In this document: piece after piece, positions 39,846 to 54,068 of the stretch
Numbering within the stretch: position 1 is the stretch's first letter
How the letters are laid out: each line of letters opens with the position of its first letter
Position numbers and translations under genes: made by a program
Notes under the pieces: model-generated
The model's input: the letters and a program-made list of their open reading frames with translations, nothing else
Databases searched by the model: none
Told to the model about the DNA's origin: nothing
Assembly (NCBI GenBank): GCA_951406725.2
Contig: OX597834.1
Span: 23,622,001 to 23,686,000, forward strand
Direction of reading: 5' to 3'
Origin: Octopus vulgaris
Taxonomy: Eukaryota
Length of the DNA: 64,000 nucleotides

Positions 39846-41009
39846 TACGATGGGCTTCTTTCAGTTTCCATCTACCAAATCCACTCACAAGGCTTTGGTC
39901 GGCCCGAGGCTATAGTAGAAGACACTTGCCCAAGGTGCCACGCAGTGAGACTGAACCCGGAACCATGTGGTTGGTAATCAAGCTACCTACCACACAGCCA
40001 CTCCTGCTATATATATATATAATCATCATCATCATCGTTTAGCATCCGCTTTCTATGCTAGCATGGGTTGGACGGTTCAACTGGGGTCTGGGAAGCCAGA
40101 AGGCTGCACCAGGCCCAGTCTGATCCAGTAATGTTTCTACGGCTGGATGCCCTTCCTAATGCCAACCACTCTGAGTGTAGTGGGTGCTTTTTACATCCCA
40201 CCAGCACAGGTGCCAGGTGAGGCTGGCAACGGCCACGATCAGTTGGTGCTTTTTACGTGCCACAAAACATGTCCAGCCATGGTGAAATATTGCTTTCAAA
40301 TCAATAGTTACATAGTTATATGTGTGTGTATATGAGTGCATATATATGTGTTTTCGATTCCCAGACTGGGCGTTGTGAGTGTTTATTCAGCGAAAACACC
40401 TGAAGCTCCGCGGGGCTCTGGCAGGGATGGTGGTGATCCTTGCTGTACTCTTTCACCACAACTTTCTCTCACTCTTACTTCCTGTTTCTGTTGTACCTGT
40501 ATTTCAAAGGGCCGGCCTTGTCACTCTCTGTGTCACGCTGAATATCCCCGAGAACTACGTTAAGGGTACACGTGTCTGTGGAGTACTCAGCCACTTACAC
40601 GTTAATTTCACGAGCAGGCTGTTCCGTTGATCGGATCAACCAGAACCCTCGTCGTCGTAACCGACGGATTGATTCCATACCATATATGTGTGTATATATA
40701 TGTGTGTGTATATATGTGGCCTAGTGTTAGGATGCTGCATTCACGACCACAAGATTCTGGTTTCAGTTCCTAGACTGAACAGCTCATTGTAATCTTGAAC
40801 AAAACGCTTCATTTTGCACATTCCCTACTGATCCCTTCAACACCTGACATGTGGCACACCATGCACCTGTACAGGTAATGTCGATTTTATCCAAAGGAGT
40901 GAGCTTAATGTACAGCATTTGATCACAATAAACAAATCATCTGGGCAGGTGGTTCAGCAACAAGCTGCAGAAGCCAGTTCTGTTTTTTTTATAACTGTCA
41001 CATCCATTC

Positions 41010-41310
41010 ACACTCTCTCTCTCACTCACTCTCTCTCTCACTTTCTCTCTCACTCACTCTCTCTCGCTCTCTCATTCACTCTCTCTCACTCACTCACTCT
41101 CTCTCACTTACTCACTCTCTCTCTCACTCACTCACTCTCTCTCACTCTCTCTCACTCACTCTCACTCACTTACTATCTCTGTCTCTCACTCACTCTTTCT
41201 GTCTCTCTCTCTCACTCACTCTCTCATTCACTCTCTATTTCTCTCTCACTCACTCTCTCATTCACTCTCTCACTCACTCACTATCTATTTCTCTCTTTCT
41301 CTCTATCTGC
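41010..41310. repeat. (CT)n/(CACT)n pyrimidine-rich tract
   Basis: Seen directly. Confidence 0.9.
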
Positions 41311-41511
41311 ATGCATGCATATATTTGATGTACAGCAATATTGGGTTTAAAATTACAAATTTACAGAATGGCAGAGGCTCTAGAACTCTGGAAGTGAAAA
41401 ATCCAGATTTCCATATTGTATCTTGATAATTTCTTAATGCTAACCACTCACCTGCTCACCATCATAATGCAGACGAAAACAAACCAAGTCAGGGCCTGAA
41501 ATTCTTCTTAC

Positions 41512-41655
41512 CTGTGAGTATCCAGATATACTCTTAAGTCCCCAATTGTGTCCAGGTACTTCATCTTTATCAGGTAAGTACAGTCTCCTGTTTCAGATTT
41601 CACTCGAATGTTGGCAACATCAGGTTCAACATGTGCCTGAGTGGGACTTTGGGAC
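41512..41655 (-). CDS. UBXN11: UBXN11 exon (N-terminal half of UBX domain)
   Basis: TTTTCAG acceptor and AG|GTAAGA donor; 144 nt, phase 2 to 2. SQSPTQAHVEPDVANIRVKSETGDCTYLIKMKYLDTIGDLRVYLDTHR resembles UBXN11 LRIKSENGEQAFLLMMQPDNTIGDVR. Confidence 0.92.
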
Positions 41656-41739
41656 CTGAAAATATACAAAGATGACAACAATTTCACTCCTGCACCTTTG
41701 TTTCTTAGCCAAGCTCTGTACCAAACAAATGACTTATAG

Positions 41740-42400
41740 TGAAGCTCTCTATGAGAGCGGAGGGTGCTAATCTTAATAACTGGCTGCAGTCCTTCATTCT
41801 CAATCACAAAAAGAAAAAAAAAAAAGGTAGTCACTGTAGGACAACATTCTGGACCCTATTTATATTTGGAGTTCCACAGGGATCTATTGTTGATGCCCTG
41901 TTGTTCATAGTGGGCCCCGCCACGTCAAAACAGTAGAGGAGTAGGGGCCGAAACCGGACATGGTTCCTCCTGATGATGTCTTGAGCTAACTGGATCCTAT
42001 AAAGGAGCTGTTGTGGTAGCAGACCACGAAACACGGTTGTAATTCCTGAAACAAATGCCAAGTTAAAGCAGGTGACTGTGTTAAAATTCACTAAGAACAT
42101 TAAGCTGTCCTTAAGATAAAAGGAATGGATTCTATAAGCCATGGGTTTTTCCTGCAATCTAACCTGGACACAATGTAGCAATGGATTGCTGGGTGACAAC
42201 TCCCGCTGGCTGCAGACAAGCGTACCAATATAGATTTTGGAAGACAGACCCCACACCTACCTACTTTTTCCACAATGCCAAACATAAGAAATTTTCTGGA
42301 GAATGTGACCAGGGTAATTATCATCAACAATGATCTGCATTGGATGAATATGATTTCAAAAATCTTCAAAACGGTTAAAGGTGTCTTAGCTTCATTTCGT
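41740..42400 (+). mobile_element. CR1-group RT fragment with an insertion of about 130 bp
   Basis: NNWLQSFI..GVPQGSIVDALLFI [insert] IPET..VLKF..IKL..LQSNLD..W. Confidence 0.65.
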
Positions 42401-42495
42401 AAGACTCTTGTTATTCATTCACCAGCTGTCTATATATAAAGCTATCTATGACTATGACCCATATATATAGCTACGATACAGTCACATTTATAAAT

Positions 42496-42552
42496 AGGTC
42501 TTACAGCTGTTTCTAGGATATTTATTATATCCCTTCATCGGATATATGACCT
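42496..42552 (-). ncRNA. Hammerhead-like motif, partly decayed
   Basis: AGGTC-atatat-CCGATGA-AGGGATAT-aataa-ATATCCTA-GAAAC-AGCT-GTA-AGACCT; U4-to-C change in the core and an interrupted stem I. Confidence 0.6.
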
Positions 42553-44317
42553 AAGTTGGACCCCTTATTCGCATAATCACCGAATTTGGATCTTAATTAT
42601 GGTCTATCCATAGCACTTATTCAGCATTATCTGACACTTTTGGATCTCACTGATACCATTACCTCTCATAACCTATATATACATATATATAAGTATATAA
42701 TTAAAAAGATATAATCATAGTTAATGCTAGAAATAGGTGTCAAATACCTATAATTTGTTCTCTATATTCAAATTGTTGAACAAAATATAAAGTGGATTGT
42801 AGGTATTTTGAAAACGTGATTTGGGGACAAAATCATATTCTCCCATATTGAAAACAGATATCCAAAGAAATTTTTGAAAAACAAAAATAAACAGAAGTGA
42901 GTGGTGCTGAAAATGTGGCAATAATTGTGCCAAAGAAGCAGGTTTTATGGTCATTTTCCATTGACAAATAGGGTTTTGTGCATCACAAATGCACTCATAA
43001 CACTCCTCGTACATTGCTGCATTTTTTGACACAAAAAAAACATTAAAATTAGCAACATAGATTAGAAGCAAATCCTAATATTGTCCAAAAATGACCTCAA
43101 AATTGTGCGACCTGACCTCCTTTACAAGGTTATTTTTGTAGTAAAAAAGAGCTGTTGTGCAAAAAACACACTTTATTTGGTAGCCGAAAGACTACTGAAT
43201 CTTTTGATGCTTCATATGTCAAAATCAGCAACTTAATTTTCGAATCTATAAGGAACATATGCACCATACACAAATTCTGTTTTATAGATATAGATAATAC
43301 ATACACCTATATATATATTGATAGATAATAAAACGAATGGTTTACACCTGGTAGCTTACTGGTAAAGCACGGTCACTTTCACAGTTATCATCATCATTTA
43401 GCGTCCGCTTTCCATGCTAGCATGGACAGTTCAACTGGGGTTTGGGAAGCCAGAAGGCTGCACCAGGCCCAGTCTGATCTGGCAATGTTTCTACGGCTGG
43501 ATGCCCTTCCTAATGCCAACCACTCCGTGAGTATAGTGGGTGCTTTTTATGAGCCACCAGCACAGATGCCAGATGGGGCTGGCAAACGGCCACGGTCAGA
43601 TGGTGGTTTTTATGTGCCACTGGCACAGGGGCCAGGCGAGGCTGGCAAACGGCCACGATCGGATGGTGCTTTTTACGTGCCACCAGCACGGAGGCCCATC
43701 GGGGCGGCGCTGGTAATGGCCACGTTCGGATGGTTTGCTTACGTGCCACCGGCACTGGTAAATGAAAGACGGAAGATGGCATATACGAGAATTTATTATT
43801 AGTCATCACAATTATTAACAGGTAGATACACACGAACACAAGCACGTGTGATTTGGATCAATAATGTGAGGAGAGTTGCAATTCAAGAAAATAGCCAATG
43901 AACAAAAAAGAAACGATGATCTAGAATTAGTCAAAACATTCTTGTGAAAGTCCTGTATGGCATGTCCTTCATACACACAGGCTTATATATCACAAGGACA
44001 TATGCTAATATAAGAAGAGATGATGTCACATACATTTAGGCGTGGCATATGAAAAATAGTCAACGCATAACAAAAACCCATGAAAATGTCCTTCGTATGT
44101 ATACACATACACCACAAAAACACACACATATATATATATAACTGTATGCACATACGCAAACACTGAAACAAATGCATATAATTAATATATTAACAGGTAA
44201 AAGGCTCTGAGAAAATTCCCAGAATGTTCACTCCTGGTTCAGTATGAGATCTATTCTGGGTAACATTCTCAAATGACTGAGGGTGTGGTGGCTTTAGGCA
44301 CATAAACACACACAAGT

Positions 44318-44320
44318 ATG

Positions 44321-44363
<43 letters not shown>

Positions 44364-44373
44364 ATATATATAT

Positions 44374-44432
<59 letters not shown>

Positions 44433-44482
44433 ATATATATATACATAGAAACACATATACACGCACATATATATACATACAT

Positions 44483-44551
<69 letters not shown>

Positions 44552-44650
44552 TATATATATATATCAAATATATATGCATATATATATATATATATATATA
44601 TATACAAACGCACACATATATATGCATACATGCATACATACGTATACATA
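44318..44650. repeat. (TA)n compound microsatellite
   Basis: Seen directly. Confidence 0.95.
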
Positions 44651-45066
44651 CATCCTTTCAAGTGTTGGGCCTCATGGAGGTAAAAGGGGCCAAGCTCCTT
44701 TTGAGTATTGGACCTCATGGAAGCAATGGCCAAGACCTTTAACATTATGTCATGCTTGAGAAGAAGAGCCATCAAGCTGAGCAAAATTGCAGTTGTGGCA
44801 GATACTGGTGTCACGCATATGGTACCCATGCCGGTGGCACATAAAAGCACCCATTACACTCTTGGAGCAGTTGGCGTTAGGAGGGGCATCCAGCTGTAGA
44901 ATACCATGCCGAATCAGACTGGATCCTGGTGTAGCCTTCGAGCATGCCAGCCCAGTCAAACCATGCAACCCATGCCAGCATGGATAACAGACGTTAAATG
45001 AAGATGATGATATATATACATACACACACATATATATACATGCAAATATATGTGTGTGTATTTAAG

Positions 45067-45123
<57 letters not shown>

Positions 45124-45887
45124 AAATAAGCAACAAAGATATTTTGATTTTAATCACCTTACTTTGAATTTGTATGGATAATACTGTACTTAATTCTGGT
45201 GCTTCAACTTATGTACCGTATATATATATATATAATTTATAAAGTATTTTGACTCCCAAAAGCCAATTACCACATCAAAGACGAACCTGCACAGACAACA
45301 TCTGTTTTTCCCACAATTTCATTAGTGGTTTTCAACAATTAACTATATATGTTATTAATTAATGGCAAGTGGCATGCTGTAGTTGTGTGCGTGTGTGTAA
45401 GTGTGTGTGTGTGTGTGTGTGTATGTGTGTGCGTGTTTCTTTGATATTGTTGTTGTTGTTGTGTTTATGTGTGGGTGTGTTTCTGTTCTGAAGATGGCAT
45501 GGTGTGGTTTGAAGAAGGTCTAGCTGCTGGTTTTAATATGTAAACCAACTGCATACAGGTCCCATTGTTGACATACTTTTAGCTGTGTTTTTGTGGGAGG
45601 GCTTCTTATGTACACAACCTATAATAAACTTGAGAGGATGGGCGAATGGAGAGAGGAGAGAATGAGAGAGAGAGAGAGAGAAGACTCATAAATACATACA
45701 AAGATGAGCATTGATACACACACACACACACATCTTATATATCATAAATATATATATATGTATGTTTATGACAAGAGAGCATAAGTCACGTAATCACCCT
45801 AAGTGGCTAATGCAAGTGATTACGTGACGTGACTCATGTCTTGTCATTAATTAATTAATTAGTGTTACTCATTTAGCACATCTAAAG

Positions 45888-46099
45888 CAGAGGTTCTCAA
45901 CCACAGCTCTCAAGGCCGCATGTGGCCCTCAAGCACTTCTACAGCGGGTCTCAGTGATCTTCGCTCTTTAAATATATTTTTCTGTAGTTGATGGGTGCTA
46001 CAGTTTTTTTGGTATCCCCCCCCCCAACCTCCCCACACACACTGAAAGAAATCCAGGTCCTGAATCTGGTCCATATATCCAAAAAGTTGGGGACCACAA
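45888..46099. mobile_element. hAT (Charlie-like) MITE remnant
   Basis: Termini cagaggttctcaacc...aagttggggaccac. Confidence 0.45.
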
Positions 46100-48250
46100 C
46101 GCAAAAGCATAAAGAATATTGATTTCCAAATGTGGCACAAGGCCAGCAAGTTCGGGCGGGTGGTGGGGGTAAGTCAATTACGTTGACCACAGTGCTCAAC
46201 TGGTACTAATTTTATTGACCCTGAAAGATGAAAGACAAAGTCAACCTCAGCAGAATTTGAACTCAGGACATAAAGACAGGGGAAATGCTGCTAAGCATTT
46301 TCCCCAGCATGCTAACGATTGCGCCAGCTCACAAATAATACTCTTTACTCTTTTACTTGTTTCAGTCATTTGACTGCAGCCATGCTGGAGCACCGCCTTT
46401 AATCGAGCAACTCGACCCCGGGACTTATTCTTTTGTAAGCCCAGTACTTATTCTATCGGACTGTTTTTGCTGAACCGCTAAGTGACGGGGACATAAACAC
46501 ACCAGCATCGGTTGTCAAGCAATGCTAGAGGGACAAACATACACACGCACACACATATACATATATATACATATATACGACAGTTTCCGTCTACCAAATC
46601 CACTCACAAGGCTTTGGTTGGCCCGAGGCTATAGTAGAAGACACTTGCCCAAGGTGCCATGCAGTAGGACTGAACCCAGAACCATATGGTTGGTAAACAA
46701 GCTACTTACCACACAGTCACTCCTGCACCTATAATGATAGTTTTTTTCTAGATATTTCTTTCTCAATAATAAAAATAACATTAAATTTTGATTTAGGCAC
46801 AAAGCCTGCAATTTTAAGGCCATCCTCAGCCCCATTTCTTGCTGCTTGGTACCTTCTTTTATTGATTCCAAAAGGATAAAAGGCAACGTTAATCTCGGCA
46901 GGACTTAGATTCCCATTATTCCCAATGAATTATTAGTTAACGTCTGTCTGCCATGTTGGCATAGGGCAGGACAGTTTGATGGGATCCTGATGGGATCCTG
47001 ATGGGATCTGATGAACTGCATTATGCCCCACTGTCTTCATTAGCATGGTTTTTTTAGCTCCTAACACACACCATTTTACAAAATGTATTAGTTACTTTTC
47101 CATGGCACCAGCTCTAGTGAGGTTACCAAACAGCCTGCAACACTAAGATCCTGTTCAACTGAGTGAGGCTACAGTAGAGAGGGAAGCAGCTTTATGCTAA
47201 GAGATGAGAAAAGAAAGAAAGGGTCAGAACAGAACAGGTTTCTGGTTGTAGAGTGTATAGTTACTCACATTTTAGAAAAGAGGGTAGGGTGATTGGGGTA
47301 TAGCTGGGAAGAGATAAAAATTGTGATAATAAGGTTTTAGGGTGCACTACCCCCTTTGAATTTAAAGGGCTTACAATTCCTCGTCAATTTGTTTTGTCAA
47401 GTCCATAAAAAAATAAAAACAGGAGCAGGGCACCATGAGAAATTAATTTTGGTGGAAGGAAGTCTCTTTAAGGTCCCACCTAAAAAAAGAAGTAGGGCTT
47501 TCTCCATCCATCAGAAATTCATAAGGCCTCTTTGTAGATCTCCAGACCACTCCTTGGATCTCCAGGTCCCAGACATATGCACAAGCTGAAGCTAACAGGC
47601 CCTATCCAGAAGCAAATAACAAATGTAGCTAGATTACAATTGGAAAATCCCTACTTCTACTTTGGCCATTATAGCTCATGAGACGGAGTGCAAAATGACC
47701 TCCTCATTGTGTGATCCACAACAGAAAACAAAAAGCAGGGTTTTTCAAGAAGCTTTTCAATAACATACTGCAATTTTATGGTATATACGATGCACTCAAC
47801 AAATTTAGTTAGAGTTAGAGACGTTTAATAACAGCTTGACACTCTTTCTTCATATTCTTTAAAGTGTTATGAGCGAAGGAGAAGTCCACTTCATCAAGTA
47901 TCTCTAAACACATGATGTGATGTGTCCTGTATCTGCTACACTTCCAAGAATTTGAAGAGGTTGAATCAAGCTGTTATTAAACACACACACATACACATAT
48001 GTATGTGCCTGTCAACAGATATATGCATGAAAGTAAAATCACTTTCACATGCATTCAAACGTGAGGGTGTTTGTTTGTACAAGATAGCAATAAAAATGGA
48101 AAGAACAGAGCCTCATAAGTACCTACTTGACATAACAATGACATCAAAAAACTATCCATGCATATGTGCTTGTGAATACACACACACACGCACACATGTA
48201 TGCGTATATATATGTATGTACATACATACATACATACATACATACATACA

Positions 48251-48311
<61 letters not shown>

Positions 48312-49229
48312 GTATGCATATGTACATATATATTGTTAATGTCATAAGGATCTTTTTTATAAGCTTCAAGAGAATATGAAATAATTTTTTGGGGAATGGT
48401 TGACCTTGAAGCAAATAAATCTATAAACAACAGCATGTGAAGGTGTGTGGCTTAGTGTTTAGGGCGTTCAACTCACAATTGTCAAGTCGTGGGTTCAATT
48501 CTTGGCAGTGTCCCAAAGCAAGACATTTTATTTCACATTGCACCAGTCCACTCAGCTGGCAAAAGTGAGTTGTAGCTGTAATTGAAAGGGGACAGCCTTT
48601 GTCATACTCTGTGTCATGCTAAATCACCCTGAGAAGTACATTAAGGCTACACATGTCTGTGGAGTACTCAGCCACTTGCTCGTTAATTCCATGAGTAGGC
48701 CATGCCATTGATGGGATCTTCTGGAACACTCATCGTCCTAACAGAGATCCAGCCAGACCAACAGCATGTAAATATTGGGTCAAAAGAAAGCCTTTCAATA
48801 GAAAAAGGCAAAGGCTGTGCTTGATTATTTTTTAAATAATAATTACAGGTTATTCCTCATAGCTTTATTCTTTTCTACTCTTGGCACAAGGCCTAAAATT
48901 TTGTGGGTGGGGCAGTTGATTAGATCATCCCTGGTACACAAATGATACTTAATTTATTGACCTTGAAAGGATAAAAGGCAAAGTCGACCTCAGCGGAATT
49001 TGAACTCAGAACGTAAAGACAGACGAAATACTGCTAAGCATTTCGCCCAGCATGCTAATGTTTCTGCCAGCTCGCTGCCTTTCTGCATAGCTTAAATGGC
49101 CATAAAATAAGGACCAGTTCAGCACCAACCAACCAACTAATCCCTTTGCTCAAAATTTCAGGACTTGTATCTATAGAAGAAAAGATTATTTATAACTTTA
49201 ATTTGAGATCTCGTACTAACATATCCATG

Positions 49230-49790
49230 CATAGTCTTCTGCTCATATAGGCTCATCCTTTGCGGTAGAATCGTGCAACTTCTTTGGGCATGTATTCTAG
49301 GTTATCAGACAAAGAGTGTTGCTCAAGGAGCTGCCTTCCAATTCTTATGATATTATTAACCTCATGTATGCAAACTTGGTCAAGGGATGCACTTCAACAT
49401 TTGGTAGTTAAAAGATGTTGCCAAAGGGATATGATGTGACATTCAAAGGCATTTTGGATCGATGTAAAGCCTCTGTTGCCTTGTTTTCATTTTAAGTAGA
49501 AGTAGTCTATGTCACTATTTATCTGGAAATTATGTGTGCTTGTTAGTATTTTGGGGGTTTTCACAACAATGGCTCAGATCTCATCAAGCATCCCAAATGT
49601 TGGTATGAGTACTGGCACTGCAAAGACACATTGTGGGCCACTGTTTTATTGAATACAGAGAGTTCTGCAATCCATATTTTCTTTATTTGGATGTAATATT
49701 CTTTAGTGACACGTGTCTTGTTACAGGTGCCTGTAAAATATATTTTAATCCACCCTTAGATACCTGTAACATTCCTCATCAGATACAGGG
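49230..49790 (-). mobile_element. R4/Dong-clade non-LTR RT fragment
   Basis: YRYL..NKTRVTKEYY..KKIWIAELSVFNK..AVPVLIPTFG..NSDID..GNRG..AFECHIISL. Confidence 0.7.
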
Positions 49791-50061
49791 GAGACAGTCA
49801 AACCATTGATGGAGATGTATGTATGTGTGTGTGTGTGTGTGTATTAAACAAAAACTGGTATTTATGGTATTATAAGTTATGATACTATAAATTCTTCTGT
49901 ATTTTCTATATATATATATAAGTGTGTATGTATGAATGTATTGTTTGGTTTTTATGTCAAATTCTAATAAAAACAATTAAACATTCAACAGAAGAATTCT
50001 TCAATGCTTTTCCTGTAAAGTACTTAATACAAGAGGAAAGTTTTGACCTGCTCTCTGTGTG

Positions 50062-50122
<61 letters not shown>

Positions 50123-50252
50123 AATGTACAGACAGATACAGAAAGAGAGAGAGAAAGTAAAGAGATATATTCACACACACATACAACCACACAGTGAGTT
50201 AAATGGTTAAACTGAAAGAGGATTAGATAAATAGAAAAATATATTAACTGAC

Positions 50253-50317
50253 ATTGTGCATTTCTCCTTTTCCACTAAAGTCTCAATAATGGTCAGTTGC
50301 CTGGGTTTTGGAGGTGA
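50253..50317 (-). CDS. UBXN11: UBXN11 small linker exon
   Basis: TATTTCAG acceptor and GTCAGT donor; 65 nt, phase 0 to 2, exactly bridging the flanking exons. SPPKPRQLTIIETLVEKEKCT(M) resembles IQEIVVETPT. Confidence 0.82.
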
Positions 50318-50889
50318 CTGAAATAAATAGACACATAAATAATTAATAAACGTTTGTGTGTGTGTCTGTGCATATAAGTTAGTATAAATATAATATATAT
50401 AGGTGCATATATGTGTGTGTGAGTATATATATGCATATATTTGTATATATATTTCTTTACTATTCAGAAGGGGCTAAACACAGAGGGGACAAACAAGGAC
50501 AGACAAACGGATTAAGTTGATTACATCGACCCCAGTGCGTAACTGGTACTTAATTTATCGACCCCGAAAGGATGAAAGGCAAAGTCAACCTCGGCGGAAT
50601 TTGAACCCAGAACGTAACGGCAGACGAAATACGGCTACTCATTTCGCCCGGCGTGCTAACATTTCTGCCAGCTTGCCGCCTTCATATATTTGTATATAGG
50701 TTAGTATATATGTATATATGTGTATAAAGAGCTAGCATGGCTGTATAGTAAAAATGTTGCTTCCCAATCACAATGGTTCCAGGTTCAGTTCCACTGAGTG
50801 AAACCATAAGCAAATATTTTCTATTATAGCCTTGGGTCAGCCAAAGCTTTGTGAGTGGATTTGGGAGATGGAAACTGAAAGAAGCTCAT

Positions 50890-51281
<392 letters not shown>

Positions 51282-52172
51282 CCATGCTATATATGGGCTG
51301 GAGCCCGAAGGCTGCACCAGGCCAGTCAGATCTGGCAGTGTTTCTATGGATGCCTTCCAGACCCTCCGATGTAGTGGGTGATTTTATATATATATATATG
51401 CATATATATATATATATATGTCTGCTATATGATATATATACAAATATATATATATATATATATATACTGACTACGTCCCAGGTGGCCGGGTTATGGCCTG
51501 ACTAGTCTTCCGGTCTTCGGATATCGGATGGTGTTTGTGCCACAGCACGGCCAGTCGATGCGGTACGGCCACTATGTTGTCACCCCACACCACATACATA
51601 TTGATGTTCATCTATTTTGATTTGATTTGATTTGATTTTCACTAACGGTCTACAGTCTTCACATATGCACAGGTGGACACACGTCCAAGTATATATATAT
51701 GTATATATGTACATATATATGGCCACGTATATATATACAAATGATATATATATTTGATTTGTATATATATTGCCTCAACAGGTCACAAGTGCATATCTTC
51801 ATCATAAGTAGAAGGTATGCACAGGTGGATGACTACGTATATGTGCCACCGACACAGGTATATGCAACGCCGTCGTGGTTTTCTTGTGTGCCACCGGTAC
51901 TGGATACAAATTCCATTGATGTCATCTATTTTGATTTGGTTTGATTTTCACTAATAGGTATATATACTATATATATATATAAGTGTCACACACTTGCCTC
52001 TGCTCAACAGGTCTCACAAAGTGTCACACACTTCCTCTGCCTCAACAGGTCTTCATACACTTGCCTCACAGGTCTACAATATAAGGAAGGATGCACAGGT
52101 GGATGACACGCGGGTCTTCGGATGGTGTTTTATGTGCCACCGACACAGGTGCAGATGAGGCTGGCGACGATC

Positions 52173-52293
<121 letters not shown>

Positions 52294-53234
52294 TTGTGTG
52301 TATGTGTGAGTGTTTTGTCCCCAGCACCACCACCACCACATGATAGTTGGTGTTGGTGTGTTTACATCCCCCCATAATCAAAGAGTTCAGCAAATAAAGA
52401 CCGATGGAATAAGCACCAGGTTTTAAAAAAAAGTCCTGGGGTTGATTCATTCTTCGAGGCGGTGCCCCAGCATGGCCACAGTCTAAAGATTGAAACAAGT
52501 AAGAGATGAAGGATAAAAGAAGATACGTGCTTGTGCACACATAACAGAAATGGGACACTAATCAACTGACACCAATTTAACCATGAATGGCTAGTGACAC
52601 ATATTGGGAGGACAAAGATGAATAAAAGTATAGTGGTACGTTGCTGTACAAGTTTAATTCATTCCATGACTGAGCTCATTTTACAAGTCAATTTTCCCCA
52701 TAGAAATTAACTAAAATATAATTAATCTGCTCCAGCCTCTGAAAACCACTTGAGAATAATTTTTTATGGGTTTTAAAACAGAAATGGTGTAGTTACAAGT
52801 GAAAATGACAATTATAAAAAAGAGAATGTTTTGGATTTTATGTAAGATTCTAGTAAAAACAATTAAACATTCAACGGAAGAATTCTACAATGCTTTTCCT
52901 GTGAATTACTTAAATATATAATACAAGAGGAGACGTTTGAGCTGCTCTATGTGTGCATGTATGTGTGTGTGAGTGACAGATGTACAGACAGAAACAGAAA
53001 GAGAGAAAGTAGAGAGATATATTCACACGTACACAGTGAGCTCGATGGTTAAACTGAGAGAGGAATAGATAAATAGAAAGTGGAGTGCTCAGCCACTTGC
53101 ACGTTAATTTCACGAGCAGGCTGTTCCGTTAATCGGATCAACTGGAACCCTTGTCGTCGTAACTGACGGAGTACCACTGTAAATACACACACACACACAC
53201 ACACATACATACATATATATATATATGTATATAA

Positions 53235-54068
53235 AATCCAAATAAGCAACAAGGATATCCAAGGTAGGGTAGTACAGTTGTTTCGTGCTACTTCATTTTA
53301 TTAAACACTGTAAGTATTACATCAGTTTTAAAATGTCGAGCAATCTTCAGCCACATATAGAATTTTTCAATTAAACGGACAATGCACATTCTTATACTTG
53401 TTTCATTTGCCAACATTACAAAGAGGGTATATATATATAGACAGTGAGGTTAATTTCATCATTAAGAACATGATGGTAGTATGTTCATTCTCCGTCTGTA
53501 GATTTTATCATTGAGTTCACTTTGTTATTTAGAACTATCAGTGGGGCGGGGGGGGGGTTATTCTTGGTTGAATGGAGACAAACAAGAATTTTTTCCCATT
53601 TATAGATAGAGGAAGGGGTAGTACAAATGTCAAAACCATAAACCCATCCTCATTTTGAGGAATTCAGTTTAGATATATTTGAATGTATTATAGCAAAAAG
53701 CTAGTAGGCTGAATTTAGTGGGGGTAGGGAGAATAGAGACTAATTATGAATTTTAAGTAATTTCCCTAGATATATAAAATTTTTTGCAATCCCATATAGG
53801 AGAGTATCAAAAAATTTTAATTTCATTATATTCAAATTTATTTATATAATGAAATTTCTTAGTAATCTATGCAGGTTAAATAAAAGCTAGTATGGTATAT
53901 TAATTCCTTATTTAGTTACAAAATATTAAGATTTAAAAATTTGGGAATGGTCAGAATGTTATTATTTAAAATACTTAAAAGTACTGGTGGCACAATGTAT
54001 ACAGGATTCTCTTAGTTCAGAACGGTTATTCAATAAGTTGTATTATTCCTATGTTCCAAAATTTCTTA
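53235..54068 (-). mobile_element. Penelope-like element remnant (ORF C-terminus, 3' region, hammerhead)
   Basis: The minus strand near 54060-53965 reads EILEHRNN / NLLNNRSELRESCIHCATSTFKYFK*, like the PLE C-terminal LLNKRSEL..C.H motif. A hammerhead follows downstream. Confidence 0.55.
53269..53354 (-). ncRNA. Type I hammerhead ribozyme with extended stem II (same family as 35696)
   Basis: GTGG-CTGAAGA-T-TGCT...AGCA-C-GAAAC-AACT-GTA-CTAC, followed by the same TTGTTGCTTATTT tail as the 35696 copy. Confidence 0.75.

Noticed and set aside
42261-42295. Alternative phase 0-to-2 candidate for the missing UBXN11 exon
   Set aside because: It lies within a CR1 fragment and shows no homology; 50253-50317 fits both phase and sequence.
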